The notes beneath the pieces were generated by a model. The model saw only the letters and a program-made list of their open reading frames with translations, did no database searches and was not told the origin of the DNA. Shown piece by piece: positions 1 through 9,119 of a DNA stretch of 43,999 nt. The stretch comes from Candidatus Iainarchaeum sp. GTDB taxonomy: Archaea; Iainarchaeota; Iainarchaeia; Iainarchaeales; DTGL01. The stretch covers positions 1-43,999 of the forward strand of contig JAWANJ010000003.1 in NCBI GenBank assembly GCA_038895395.1, read 5' to 3'. The position numbers were made by a program, and so were the translations under genes. Position 1 is the stretch's first letter; each line of letters starts with the position of its first letter.

Positions 1-478
1 TCATTATAACTGTTTGTTGCGCAGTTGCCATTGTTGTTGCTGTAACGCTTTCTTGTTCTCCAGGCTGCTGTATTTCTTCCATCTTATTATCTTCGCTTGT
101 TGCTTGGCCCACAATTTTTGGAATACCAACCGTAACCTCGATTTTCTTATAGACCCTTTCATTGCCAAGTGATCCAACCAAAGTTGCTACATATGTGTTT
201 CTTATTGCAGCGTCAGATGGCATAAAAGAAATGGTAAAAGATGCCTTCTGCGAAGGTTGAACAGATTTTGGCACTTCTACAACTTCGCACTTAATCTCTG
301 CTGGGCAATAAACACTCAATTGGATATCTTTAACCTCAGAAGAAGCATTGTAAATTTCATACATTTGTGTCTTTATTGGCACATTTATAAAAATATTTTC
401 AGGCCCTGATATTTGTGAAAATGTTGCATTAGCTAGACAAAACAAAAACAATATGAATATTGCTTTTACCCCCTTCAT
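1..478 (-). CDS. Secreted/surface hypothetical protein, partial (runs off the left edge of the window)
   Basis: Not in the ORF track. ATG at 478 is preceded by AGAGGGGGCG. It reads MKGVKAIFILFLFCLANATFSQISGPENIF..., which looks like a signal peptide. Confidence 0.7.
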   Translation of the reverse strand, partial: MKGVKAIFILFLFCLANATFSQISGPENIFINVPIKTQMYEIYNASSEVKDIQLSVYCPAEIKCEVVEVPKSVQPSQKASFTISFMPSDAAIRNTYVATLVGSLGNERVYKKIEVTVGIPKIVGQATSEDNKMEEIQQPGEQESVTATTMATAQQTVIM

Positions 479-773
479 AACGCCCCCTCTAAAATTAACT
501 AGTTCACATTAATATATGTGTGGTTTTAATATATAAACCTTTCGCTTTAGGATAAAGAATCTGTTTTTTTGGTTATGGCCTTCTTTCTATTGCAAAAACC
601 GAAAAAAGCAAAATAAAAGCCTGTTAAAAATCGATTTTACAAATTTACAAATATTATTAAAAAGATATATAAGAAAGAGAATAATAATAACAAAAATAAT
701 AACAAAATTAGTTATGTGGTAATGTTTTGAGAAAAATACTGCTAAACTAGGCTTTATTTGTGAGGTGATTTCT
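479..773. promoter_or_regulatory. Divergent AT-rich intergenic region with TATA-like boxes and a GGTGAT RBS for metK
   Basis: TTTAATATATAAA at ~525 and GATATATAAG at ~664. GAGGTGAT at 762-769 lies 4 nt before GTG 774. Confidence 0.45.
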
Positions 774-1934
774 GTGCCAACTGGCCATTATCTGTTTACT
801 TCCGAGTCTATGACTGAAGGGCATCCTGACAAGATATGTGACCAAATATCAGATGCTGTGCTAGATGAGATTATAAGCCAGGATAAATATTCTAGAGTAG
901 CCTGTGAAACAATGGCGGGAATGGGCTTCATAATTGTAAGCGGTGAAATTACAACAAAGGCTCGCTATGATGTTGGTAAAATTGTAAGATCTGTGCTAGA
1001 AAGAATTGGTTACACTAAAGTCGAATATGGGTTTGAGTATAAGACAGTTGGAGTTCTTTCTAGCATTCATGAACAAAGTCCAGATATTGCAATAGGTGTA
1101 AACGCAAAGAAAGGCAAAGGCTTCGGTGCCGGCGACCAAGGTATGATGTGTGGTTATGCCACAAACGAAACAACAGAACTAATGCCCTCAGCAATTATGT
1201 TTGCACATAAACTTGCAATGAGGTTAGCGGAGGTTCGCAAGAAGAAAATACTGACTTATCTGAGACCTGATGGAAAGACACAAGTCACAGTAGAATATGA
1301 TGGGCCAAAAGTAAAACGCATAGATTCTGTAGTGGTTGCAGCACAGCACGATCCAGACGTTAGTCTCGCAAAACTACGTGAGGATATTAAAAAAGAGGTA
1401 ATAGAACCTGTTTGTGGTGATTACATTGATAAAAAAACAGCCTACTATATCAATAACACAGGCAGATTTGTTATAGGTGGACCTGTAGCAGATGTTGGGT
1501 GCACAGGCAGAAAGATTATAGCTGACAGTTACGGTGGAATGAGCAAACATGGCGGTGGCGCTTTTTCTGGAAAAGACCCCACAAAGGTTGACAGAAGTGC
1601 AGCTTACATGGCAAGATATATTGCAAAGAATGTAGTTGCAGCAGGTATTGCTGACAAATGTGAATTGCAGATAGCATATGCAATAGGCTCCCACAAACCA
1701 ACAGCTCTCTTTATAGATACGTTTGGCACTTCCAAGATTCCACAAAGCAAATTGCAAAAAATAATAACTAAAAATTTCGACTTAAGCCCAAGCGGTATCA
1801 TAGAATCTCTAAAACTTTTACGACCTATATATTCAAAAACTGCATGTTATGGGCACTTTGGTAGGACTGAACCAGAGTTCACATGGGAACGCTTAGATCT
1901 TGCAGATGACTTAAGAAAACAAGCAGGACTTTAA
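774..1934 (+). CDS. metK: S-adenosylmethionine synthetase, bacterial/eukaryotic type
   Basis: Motifs [35 protein letters not shown] and YGHFGR. The start is placed at GTG 774 after GGTGAT (ORF track gives 765). Confidence 0.97.
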   Translation: MPTGHYLFTSESMTEGHPDKICDQISDAVLDEIISQDKYSRVACETMAGMGFIIVSGEITTKARYDVGKIVRSVLERIGYTKVEYGFEYKTVGVLSSIHEQSPDIAIGVNAKKGKGFGAGDQGMMCGYATNETTELMPSAIMFAHKLAMRLAEVRKKKILTYLRPDGKTQVTVEYDGPKVKRIDSVVVAAQHDPDVSLAKLREDIKKEVIEPVCGDYIDKKTAYYINNTGRFVIGGPVADVGCTGRKIIADSYGGMSKHGGGAFSGKDPTKVDRSAAYMARYIAKNVVAAGIADKCELQIAYAIGSHKPTALFIDTFGTSKIPQSKLQKIITKNFDLSPSGIIESLKLLRPIYSKTACYGHFGRTEPEFTWERLDLADDLRKQAGL

Positions 1935-2002
1935 CAATTTATAGCATACTAAGACAATATGTTTTATAAGTTTAAACATTAACTTTTTTAATTAGGGTTA
2001 AC

Positions 2003-2416
2003 ATGTTAGAAGATTTTATAGAAGTCAACAAATTAAAGGCCACAATAATAGAAAAGGCCATATTCAACAGCAGCTCAGCAAAATGCGTTTTGCTTTTGCG
2101 TGAGCCAACTGCTCTAAAACCTTTTCTAGTGGTTCACTTAAAAAACACAGAAATTTCTATGGAAAAGGTAAAGAATATTCTGCCAATTGCAGAAACTAAA
2201 GAAGCTAATGCTAAAGAAACTTATTATATTACGGGTTACCAAAAGGGTTATTTACCAGCTATATCAATTTATGGTGTTATTGTTCTGTTAGACATACGTG
2301 CTGCAAAAAAGAAGAAGCTTTACATACTTGTGGGTGAGAATCGAACTCTTGAAATCTCACCGGCAGAGATAAAAAAAGCTAACGAAGAATGCATAGTGTG
2401 TGATATCGCTAGGTGA
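2003..2416 (+). CDS. YbaK/ProX-like aminoacyl-tRNA editing domain protein
   Basis: About 137 aa. TGYQKGYLPAISIYG resembles the YbaK 'TGy..GgvpP' motif, and the C-terminus reads GENRTLEISP. Confidence 0.65.
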   Translation: MLEDFIEVNKLKATIIEKAIFNSSSAKCVLLLREPTALKPFLVVHLKNTEISMEKVKNILPIAETKEANAKETYYITGYQKGYLPAISIYGVIVLLDIRAAKKKKLYILVGENRTLEISPAEIKKANEECIVCDIAR

Positions 2417-3083
2417 GTTTTTGCTTATTGATGCTCACGTACATACACATTATTGTAACCACGCCAACCTTAAACTAAAAACAATATTCAACTTCTACAG
2501 CAAGAAAAACATAGTACCAGCAATCACCGAACATAACTCTACAGCGCCTTGGAAGGAAGCAAATAAACTTTCAAAAAAATATAACCTGCCTTATATAAAA
2601 GGTGAGGAAATAAAAGTTTACCAAAACAACAGGCTTGTTGGTGAGTTGTTAGCTTTGTTTATGAATGAAGAAGTTAAAGCTGGCAATATCTTTGAAGTAA
2701 TCGATCGCCTAAAGTCCCAAGATGCGTTGATTTCTATATCGCATCCTTTTGATATCACAAGAAAACCACTTTTTAAAGGCTTTTGGATGCTCAATGAAAT
2801 AAAAAAAAGCGTTCACGCCATAGAAATCTTCAACAGTAGGTGCATTTTCAACTTTTTTAATGAAAAAGCAAAAAGTTTTGCGAATGAAAACAAACTGGCA
2901 TTCACTGTAGGTACGGATGCCCATTTTCTTTGCGAGCTTGGAAATGCATACCTTATCTTAGACGCAAATTCTATTGAGGAAGCTAGAAAAAAGATATTGA
3001 AAGCAGATTGTAAATACTTTGGGAGGTTAAGCCCAATAAGGGTGCATATATATACCCAACTTGCGAAGCTTGGTTTTTTTTAA
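2400..3083 (+). CDS. PHP-domain metal-dependent phosphoesterase
   Basis: DAHVHTHY, AITEHN, SHPFD, IEIFNSR and GTDAH motifs. Confidence 0.9.
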   Translation: MISLGEFLLIDAHVHTHYCNHANLKLKTIFNFYSKKNIVPAITEHNSTAPWKEANKLSKKYNLPYIKGEEIKVYQNNRLVGELLALFMNEEVKAGNIFEVIDRLKSQDALISISHPFDITRKPLFKGFWMLNEIKKSVHAIEIFNSRCIFNFFNEKAKSFANENKLAFTVGTDAHFLCELGNAYLILDANSIEEARKKILKADCKYFGRLSPIRVHIYTQLAKLGFF

Positions 3084-3086
3084 AAC

Positions 3087-4244
3087 GTGAGTAGAATGGT
3101 TGTGACCAGAGTTAGATTAAAAGACAAAGAAATAATCCTTGTTGGTACAGCCCATGTAAGCAGGCAGAGCATAGATGAGGTAAGAAAGATCATTACTGAA
3201 GAAAAACCAGCCTGTGTTGCCATTGAGTTAGATCGCTCTAGGTTCTTACAGCTTTCCGAGGAACAAAAATGGAAAAAGACTGATGTATTTTCAGTTATAA
3301 GGAAAGGAAAGACCCACCTGCTTCTCTTCAATATACTATTGTCAAGCATGCAGAGAAGAATTGGCCAAGAACTAGGAATAAAGCCAGGTAGTGAAATGCT
3401 AGAGGCTGCAAAATTGGCTAAAGAAAAAAACATTCCGGTAGTTTTTGTAGACCGTGATATAGAAATAACAATGAAAAGAACCTTCGCTGCCATGGGTTTT
3501 ATCGAAAAAATAAAGCTTTTTTCCGAATTGGTGATGTACTTTTTCGGTTTTGGTGAGACACTAACTCCAGAACAAATTGAAGAGCTCAAAAGGGAAGATA
3601 TTATAACTGCCTTAGTAAGGGAGCTTTCTGCTAAGTTTCCCTCTATAAAGAAAGTAATCATAGATGAAAGAGACCAGTATATAGCAGCTTCTATTTCACA
3701 AATAAAAGCAAAAAAGATAGTGGCTGTAGTTGGTGCTGGACACTTAAAGGGAATAACTGACAATTTGAACAAAAAAATTGACCTAAATAAGCTCAAGCAG
3801 GTACCAAGAAAAAGAGATTACAGCTTAGTTTTAGGCTCTATGATTTTAGTTATTTTTGTTCTTTTGTTACTTTTTGGTTTCTATTTAAAAGGCCCGCAGT
3901 TTTTGATAAGCGCTTTTCTTATTTGGTTTCTTGTCAACGGCTCTTTTTCGGCGCTTGGAGCTTTGCTTGTTAGAGCACATTGGCAAAGTGTGGTAACAGC
4001 ATTCCTTGTTGCGCCTATAACAACTCTTCACCCCGCTTTAGCCTCGGGATGGTTTGCAGGTTTTGTTGAAGCAAAGGCAAGACCACCACTTGTGGAAGAT
4101 ATGGAAAATATTCCAAAAATAGAATCCATAAGGGATATAAACAGAAACAGATTTACCCACATACTTGTTGTTGTGTCTGCAGTAAACATAGCTTCGAGCA
4201 TTGGAACCTTTGTTTCATTGGCACTCATAGCTCATATGCTTTAA
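3087..4244 (+). CDS. TraB/PrgY (pheromone shutdown) family membrane protein
   Basis: LVGTAHVS, VAIELD, PGSEM, DRDIEIT, ERD and VVGAGH motifs, with C-terminal TM helices and APITTLHP. Confidence 0.93.
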   Translation: MSRMVVTRVRLKDKEIILVGTAHVSRQSIDEVRKIITEEKPACVAIELDRSRFLQLSEEQKWKKTDVFSVIRKGKTHLLLFNILLSSMQRRIGQELGIKPGSEMLEAAKLAKEKNIPVVFVDRDIEITMKRTFAAMGFIEKIKLFSELVMYFFGFGETLTPEQIEELKREDIITALVRELSAKFPSIKKVIIDERDQYIAASISQIKAKKIVAVVGAGHLKGITDNLNKKIDLNKLKQVPRKRDYSLVLGSMILVIFVLLLLFGFYLKGPQFLISAFLIWFLVNGSFSALGALLVRAHWQSVVTAFLVAPITTLHPALASGWFAGFVEAKARPPLVEDMENIPKIESIRDINRNRFTHILVVVSAVNIASSIGTFVSLALIAHML

Positions 4245-4275
4245 ATGTTAAAATTTGTGTTGCTTACTGCAATAT

Positions 4276-4599
4276 TTACTCCAGTCTAGTGCCGGGTGCA
4301 ACTTTTTTGTCTATCTCCACTAAAGAGTAACCGCCTTCTTTGTTTTTCGCAGCTAAAAGCATTCCTTCACTTTTTATTCCAGCAATTGTTCTGGGTTCTA
4401 AATTTGCAACAATTACTATGTTTTTGCCTTTAAGATCCTCTTTTTTATAGAACTCCTTAACTCCTGCCACTATGGTCTTTTTTTCTGTTCCAAGATCAAT
4501 TGTTAGCTTATATAGCTTGTCTTTGCCAGGAATATCTTCCACATTTAAGATATTTGCAACTTTGAGCTCGACTTTTTGGAATTCAGAGTAACTTATCAT
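4276..4599 (-). CDS. Free-standing tRNA-binding OB-fold protein (Trbp111/MetRS C-terminal/CsaA-like)
   Basis: DKLYKLTIDLG, VANLEPR and SEGMLLAA motifs. Confidence 0.9.
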   Translation of the reverse strand: MISYSEFQKVELKVANILNVEDIPGKDKLYKLTIDLGTEKKTIVAGVKEFYKKEDLKGKNIVIVANLEPRTIAGIKSEGMLLAAKNKEGGYSLVEIDKKVAPGTRLE

Positions 4600-4647
4600 A
4601 GAGCAATATAATACAATAAAAAGAATAAAAACCTATTCTCTAAGCTT

Positions 4648-6207
4648 TTATCTAAACTCGCTTATCTCCAAAACCGCTAAGCTGGAGCATCTTACAGTCA
4701 TCAATGGCAAACCAATTTTTGCAGGATAAAATGAAACAACAAGCGAGGGCCTTTCTAAGTTTTCTGTATTCAGTATTTCATATCCTTTGCCAAGTTCTCT
4801 ATCATAATGAAACTTTTCAGAGTCTAGCTTGAGGAAAAAAAGAGCTAGTATGTGAGCATCATAGCTAAGGACTTCGGGTTCTATGTAAACCTTCTTATAC
4901 GCTTGCTTTTCTTGTTCAGTGAACTTAAAAGCTTCTTCATAACCGCAGTTGAAATAAAAACCGGCCTTATCTGGATATTCATAAAAGTATGAATAAATGA
5001 AAGAAACAATTTCCCAACATGCAAATATGCAAAATGCTAAAAAAAGCAAAGAAGTCCTGATTTTTTTGTCATCACTCGGGTGATGCTTCCAAAAAATTTT
5101 AACAAACGCTAAAGCGCAAATAATCTCAAATATGGATATAGCTGTTATTGAGCGAAGCGCATGTGGCGAGTAATCTGCACCAAAGGCTGCTACAACAGGC
5201 CAAGAAATTAGCCAAAAGAGAGTAAGTTTGTCTGCTTCATTTTTTCTAAAAAAGCAAATAGTCGCTCCGACAACAAGTAATGGAATATAGAAAAAGTATA
5301 ACTGTCCTTTTTCAGGCACGCTATGCCTTGGCAGGCGATCGCCTTTTATGAACAGGAAATCAAATGAAAAGTAGCTCGTATAGTTTTCAAGATAAAGCCA
5401 AATGATTGCTTGCTCTCTCGAAACGCCTTTCGATTCCTTCTCTTTTGTAAACTTTTGGTTGAATATCGATAACTGCGTGTTCTTTTGGTTTATGGCATTG
5501 CGATGCTCTTCATTTAATGCAAATTCAAAGAAAAGCGGTAAAAGGAAAAGCGACAGAAATAAAACAAACATAACGACTTTTTCCAAAGAAAATTTTTTCC
5601 TGTAAATTGTAAAAAAGCCAAGAAGGAAAAAAGGCACAAAAGCATAAGCAATCTTGTAAGAATATATAGCAAGAGCAAAACATACTGCAGAAAGCAAAAC
5701 AAATAACTTTTTTTCATTTGCTTTTAGTAGGAAAAAAAGGCCAAACAAAAATAAAGTTGGCATTGTTATTGCCTCAAATGCAACTCTACTAAAAAGAAGA
5801 TGCCATGGTGAAAAAGCAAGAAGCAAAGAAGCAATAAGCCCTTCTTTTTCTCCAAACATCTTTCTTACAAGTAGAAATGTTGCTATCACCGCAAGAGTGC
5901 CATATATTGCAGATACAAGCCGAACTGAAAAAACACTAAGGCCAAAAATTGCTATAGATGGTACTGTGCTATATATAAAAACAGGGTTTTTGTACTCACC
6001 AAATGCTTTAAAGTATAATGGCGTAGGGATTCCCCACTCGTCTTTGCCTGTTGTTAGAATCTTGTATGCATTGTAGCCATTGCTTGCTTCATCTAGGTAG
6101 AAACCTTTCGGCACATTTTCAAGGTTATACAAACGTACAAAAAAAGCGCTTATCACTATTATGGCAAGAAGTGCTTTTCTATTTGAAAAACTATTCCACA
6201 GCGTCAT
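4648..6207 (-). CDS. GT-C fold membrane glycosyltransferase (PMT/ArnT-like)
   Basis: Motifs GFYLDEASNGYNAY, FGLSVFSVRL and FSPWHLLFSR, with many TM helices. The likely start is ATG 6207 (ORF track gives 6279). Confidence 0.85.
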   Translation of the reverse strand: MTLWNSFSNRKALLAIIVISAFFVRLYNLENVPKGFYLDEASNGYNAYKILTTGKDEWGIPTPLYFKAFGEYKNPVFIYSTVPSIAIFGLSVFSVRLVSAIYGTLAVIATFLLVRKMFGEKEGLIASLLLAFSPWHLLFSRVAFEAITMPTLFLFGLFFLLKANEKKLFVLLSAVCFALAIYSYKIAYAFVPFFLLGFFTIYRKKFSLEKVVMFVLFLSLFLLPLFFEFALNEEHRNAINQKNTQLSIFNQKFTKEKESKGVSREQAIIWLYLENYTSYFSFDFLFIKGDRLPRHSVPEKGQLYFFYIPLLVVGATICFFRKNEADKLTLFWLISWPVVAAFGADYSPHALRSITAISIFEIICALAFVKIFWKHHPSDDKKIRTSLLFLAFCIFACWEIVSFIYSYFYEYPDKAGFYFNCGYEEAFKFTEQEKQAYKKVYIEPEVLSYDAHILALFFLKLDSEKFHYDRELGKGYEILNTENLERPSLVVSFYPAKIGLPLMTVRCSSLAVLEISEFR

Positions 6208-6844
6208 GGCCTGCGTCTTTTTTGAGATACGGTAAAATTTTTCCTTTTCTTTGTGCTTCTTCAATAAGCTTTTTTGCATAAATTATCCTCTGTACGCCAC
6301 CAATGAATGTGACTATAATTAACACCCAAAGCATCATCTCAATCGCGTCAAATCCAAATATGTGAGGTACAAAAGAGGCCAGGAGCATAAATAATAGGAT
6401 GATCACAAATTTGTCAGCATGTTCTCCAATGCCGGGCCAATCCCTATTGTCAGTTATTATCACAAGAGCAACACGGGGCTTAGCATAACTTAAAATAAGA
6501 GAAAAGCCAAGAGCTAAAGAGCTTAACACTGGGTAATGAAATGAGAATGATGCTATTAAAATCATTTCAACATATTTGTCAATCATTGTTTCAAAGTAAT
6601 TTCCAAAGTAGCTCTTCTTTTTTGTAAGCTCTGCTACAGCGCCGTCAATGAAGTCCATCATCACGGCTAACAAAACAAAAAAAGTAGCAATCAAATAACT
6701 TTTCATATATATAAAATATGCTGCAATCAGAATCAAAGGTATTGCCAAAAACGAGACTATGTTTGGATGTATCCCCAGCATGACAAAAGGCCTTGCAAGA
6801 AAATATGTCAAGGGTTTTGTTTTTTTTCTAAGCGCGGCTAGCAT
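6191..6844 (-). CDS. CDP-alcohol phosphatidyltransferase family protein
   Basis: HPNIVS and a degenerate DG..A...G...D signature (DFIDGAVAELTKKKSYFGNYFETMIDKY), with hydrophobic helices. Confidence 0.88.
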   Translation of the reverse strand: MLAALRKKTKPLTYFLARPFVMLGIHPNIVSFLAIPLILIAAYFIYMKSYLIATFFVLLAVMMDFIDGAVAELTKKKSYFGNYFETMIDKYVEMILIASFSFHYPVLSSLALGFSLILSYAKPRVALVIITDNRDWPGIGEHADKFVIILLFMLLASFVPHIFGFDAIEMMLWVLIIVTFIGGVQRIIYAKKLIEEAQRKGKILPYLKKDAGHDAVE

Positions 6845-8541
6845 TTTCTCACCATTGCGGCTTTAACAAAGTTTAGGAACAACGGATCTGGCTTGAGTGG
6901 CCTTGAGGTAAATTCTGGATGATATTGCGAGGCCATGAAAAATGGATGTGACGGAAGTTCTAATATTTGCATTATGGGTTTTTTTGGGTCTTTGCCTGAA
7001 AATACAAGCCCTTGCTTTGTTAATGTTTCTATGTACTCTGGGTTAAGTTCATATCTATGTCTAAACCTTCTTCTTATGAACTGCTGCCTACCGTGCATTT
7101 CGTATGCTAATGTATCCTTAATTAATTCAACGTCTTGGCCACCTAGTCGCATCGAGGCTCCAAGGCCTGTTATATTTGTCTGTTCTGGCAAAAGGGATAT
7201 TATAGGTTCACGACATTTAGGTTCAAACTCAGTACTGTTTGCTTTCTTTAGGCCGCAAAAACTTCTTGCAAAAGCTATTACAGCCACTTGAAAGCCAAGA
7301 CACAAGCCAAGATAGGGTATTTTATTTTTTAGACAGTATTCAGCAACCATTATTTTACCTTCAACCCCTCTTTTTCCAAAGCCACCAGGAACAACAACAC
7401 CTGAAAAGTTTTTGAGTATTTCCGGCTTTATATCGCCATTTTCCAACGCAACCACATCCAACCAATTGATCCCTACTTTTGTTTTTAGTGGTCCTTCACA
7501 ATGTTCTAAGGCTTTAACTACACTAATATACGCATCTTTTACGTTTATGTATTTGCCAGCAATGACTATTTTTGTTGTTGGTGCATCTTTTGGAGGTGTG
7601 TTCTTTTTGGTCCATTTGATAAGCTCTGCGTCTCTTGCCTTAAACTTTTTATCTACTCCTAAAGATTCCAAAATCTTTTGGTCGGCTCCTCTCCTCCTAA
7701 GAATTAATGGAAGTTCATAAATTTTTTGAACATCCTCTATACCAAGTACTTTGTCTATTGGCACGTTGCTGTTTACACTTATTTTTTCAGCTATTCTCGG
7801 AGAAAGTTTGCTGTGGGATCTGCATATGATTAAATCAGGTTGTATGCCCAAAGAGAGTAAACCCCTTATGCCAAGTTGTGCAGCTTTGCTCTTTTGTTCT
7901 CCAAGGGTTGGCGGTTCAATTATATAAGTTACGTTAAGAAAGCACACATTCTGTTTTCCTTCTTCATACATCAGCTCGCGCATAGCTTCAATAGCAAACA
8001 TATTTTCAAAGTCGCCTACCGTACCACCAATTTCAATTACTATTATGTCAGGCTTCTTTTTGACTGCAAGTTTTCTAACAAAATTTTTTATCTCTCCAGT
8101 GACATGAGGAATAAACTGTACATCTCTTCCAAGATATTCGCCACGTCTTTCCTTTTCAATTACTGTCTTGTAAATAAGTCCGCTTGTAATAAAATTGTCC
8201 TTTGATAAGTCCTTGTCAAGAAATCTTTCATAGGAGCCAAGGTCCATGTCTGTCTCTGTGCCATCATCTAAAACAAAAACTTCTCCATGTCTGTAGGGAT
8301 TAAGCGTGCCAGCATCAACATTAAAATAAGCCTCGAGCTTTAGTGGTTCTACATTCATACCTCGATTTTTAAAAAGTTTGCAAAGAGAACTTGTTATCAT
8401 CCCTTTACCAACGCCGCTCATCACCGAACCTGTTATGACTAAGTACTTTGTCATCCCTTTTTTGTATCCTTTAGGCATCGGTGTGCAGAATTCATCCGCA
8501 GTTTTTGATGATGTCATTTCTAGAAGTCTTTTACCGTGCAC
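6838..8541 (-). CDS. pyrG: CTP synthase
   Basis: GSVMSGVGKG, HGEVFVLDDGTETDMDLG, GGTVGD, glutaminase GLCLG, RHRYE and QYHPEF. Confidence 0.98.
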   Translation of the reverse strand: MHGKRLLEMTSSKTADEFCTPMPKGYKKGMTKYLVITGSVMSGVGKGMITSSLCKLFKNRGMNVEPLKLEAYFNVDAGTLNPYRHGEVFVLDDGTETDMDLGSYERFLDKDLSKDNFITSGLIYKTVIEKERRGEYLGRDVQFIPHVTGEIKNFVRKLAVKKKPDIIVIEIGGTVGDFENMFAIEAMRELMYEEGKQNVCFLNVTYIIEPPTLGEQKSKAAQLGIRGLLSLGIQPDLIICRSHSKLSPRIAEKISVNSNVPIDKVLGIEDVQKIYELPLILRRRGADQKILESLGVDKKFKARDAELIKWTKKNTPPKDAPTTKIVIAGKYINVKDAYISVVKALEHCEGPLKTKVGINWLDVVALENGDIKPEILKNFSGVVVPGGFGKRGVEGKIMVAEYCLKNKIPYLGLCLGFQVAVIAFARSFCGLKKANSTEFEPKCREPIISLLPEQTNITGLGASMRLGGQDVELIKDTLAYEMHGRQQFIRRRFRHRYELNPEYIETLTKQGLVFSGKDPKKPIMQILELPSHPFFMASQYHPEFTSRPLKPDPLFLNFVKAAMVRKC

Positions 8542-8704
8542 CCAACCACTTATGCTTAATAAATTGCAAGTATTTTTAAAACCATTTCTATTGTTTTACA
8601 TCTTTCCAAAAATTAATAAAATCGAGAATATGCAATAGATATAAAAATAAAATATTAAAATATAAAAAAATAAAAATAGAATCAAATAAATCCTTTTGTT
8701 TTTA

Positions 8705-9118
8705 CTAAGGTGCTGGTGGTATTGGCAATTCTGTTTCAGTGGTACCCTCGGCTTTTTCCATTTCCTCAAGTAAATCTTCTAGCTCTTTCCCCATTTCCTC
8801 TTCTGCCGAAGTAGTTTTACCTCCACACTCACCTTTATAAGCAACCTTTACACCAGCGCATTTTGCAAAGCATTCATTGCTATATGTTTTCCCATCTTCA
8901 CCGCAAACTGGATCGTAAAGTGTTATACAGTAGCAGCCTACACCCGATGGTGTTCTTGTTGGTGTAGTACCTACGCTATCTGTGCTGGTGCCATTTGTTG
9001 GTATTGGTTGTTTGTTGTTTCCCTGGCTTGTGATCAAAATTACTGCCAATAAAGCCAAAACAATGACAGCAGCAGCAATTACCAAAAGCACATTCCTTTT
9101 ATTTTCTATTTTAGCCAA
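8705..9118 (-). CDS. Membrane-anchored Kazal-type serine protease inhibitor domain protein
   Basis: N-terminal TM helix, a Thr/Pro linker, CYCITLYDPVCGEDGKTYSNECFAKCAGVKVAYKGEC and an acidic tail. The likely start is TTG 9118 after GGTGAT. Confidence 0.85.
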   Translation of the reverse strand: MAKIENKRNVLLVIAAAVIVLALLAVILITSQGNNKQPIPTNGTSTDSVGTTPTRTPSGVGCYCITLYDPVCGEDGKTYSNECFAKCAGVKVAYKGECGGKTTSAEEEMGKELEDLLEEMEKAEGTTETELPIPPAP

Positions 9119-9119
9119 C

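Noticed and set aside
3080-3796. Long antisense ORFs in the track (e.g. 3080-3796, 21259-21801, 23573-23977, 9485-9979)
   Set aside because: They overlap well-supported genes on the opposite strand and show no motifs, so I treat them as shadow ORFs.
3087-4244. TraB as evidence of a conjugative element
   Set aside because: This is the TraB/PrgY family that is chromosomal in many archaea. No relaxase, VirB4 or integrase is present.
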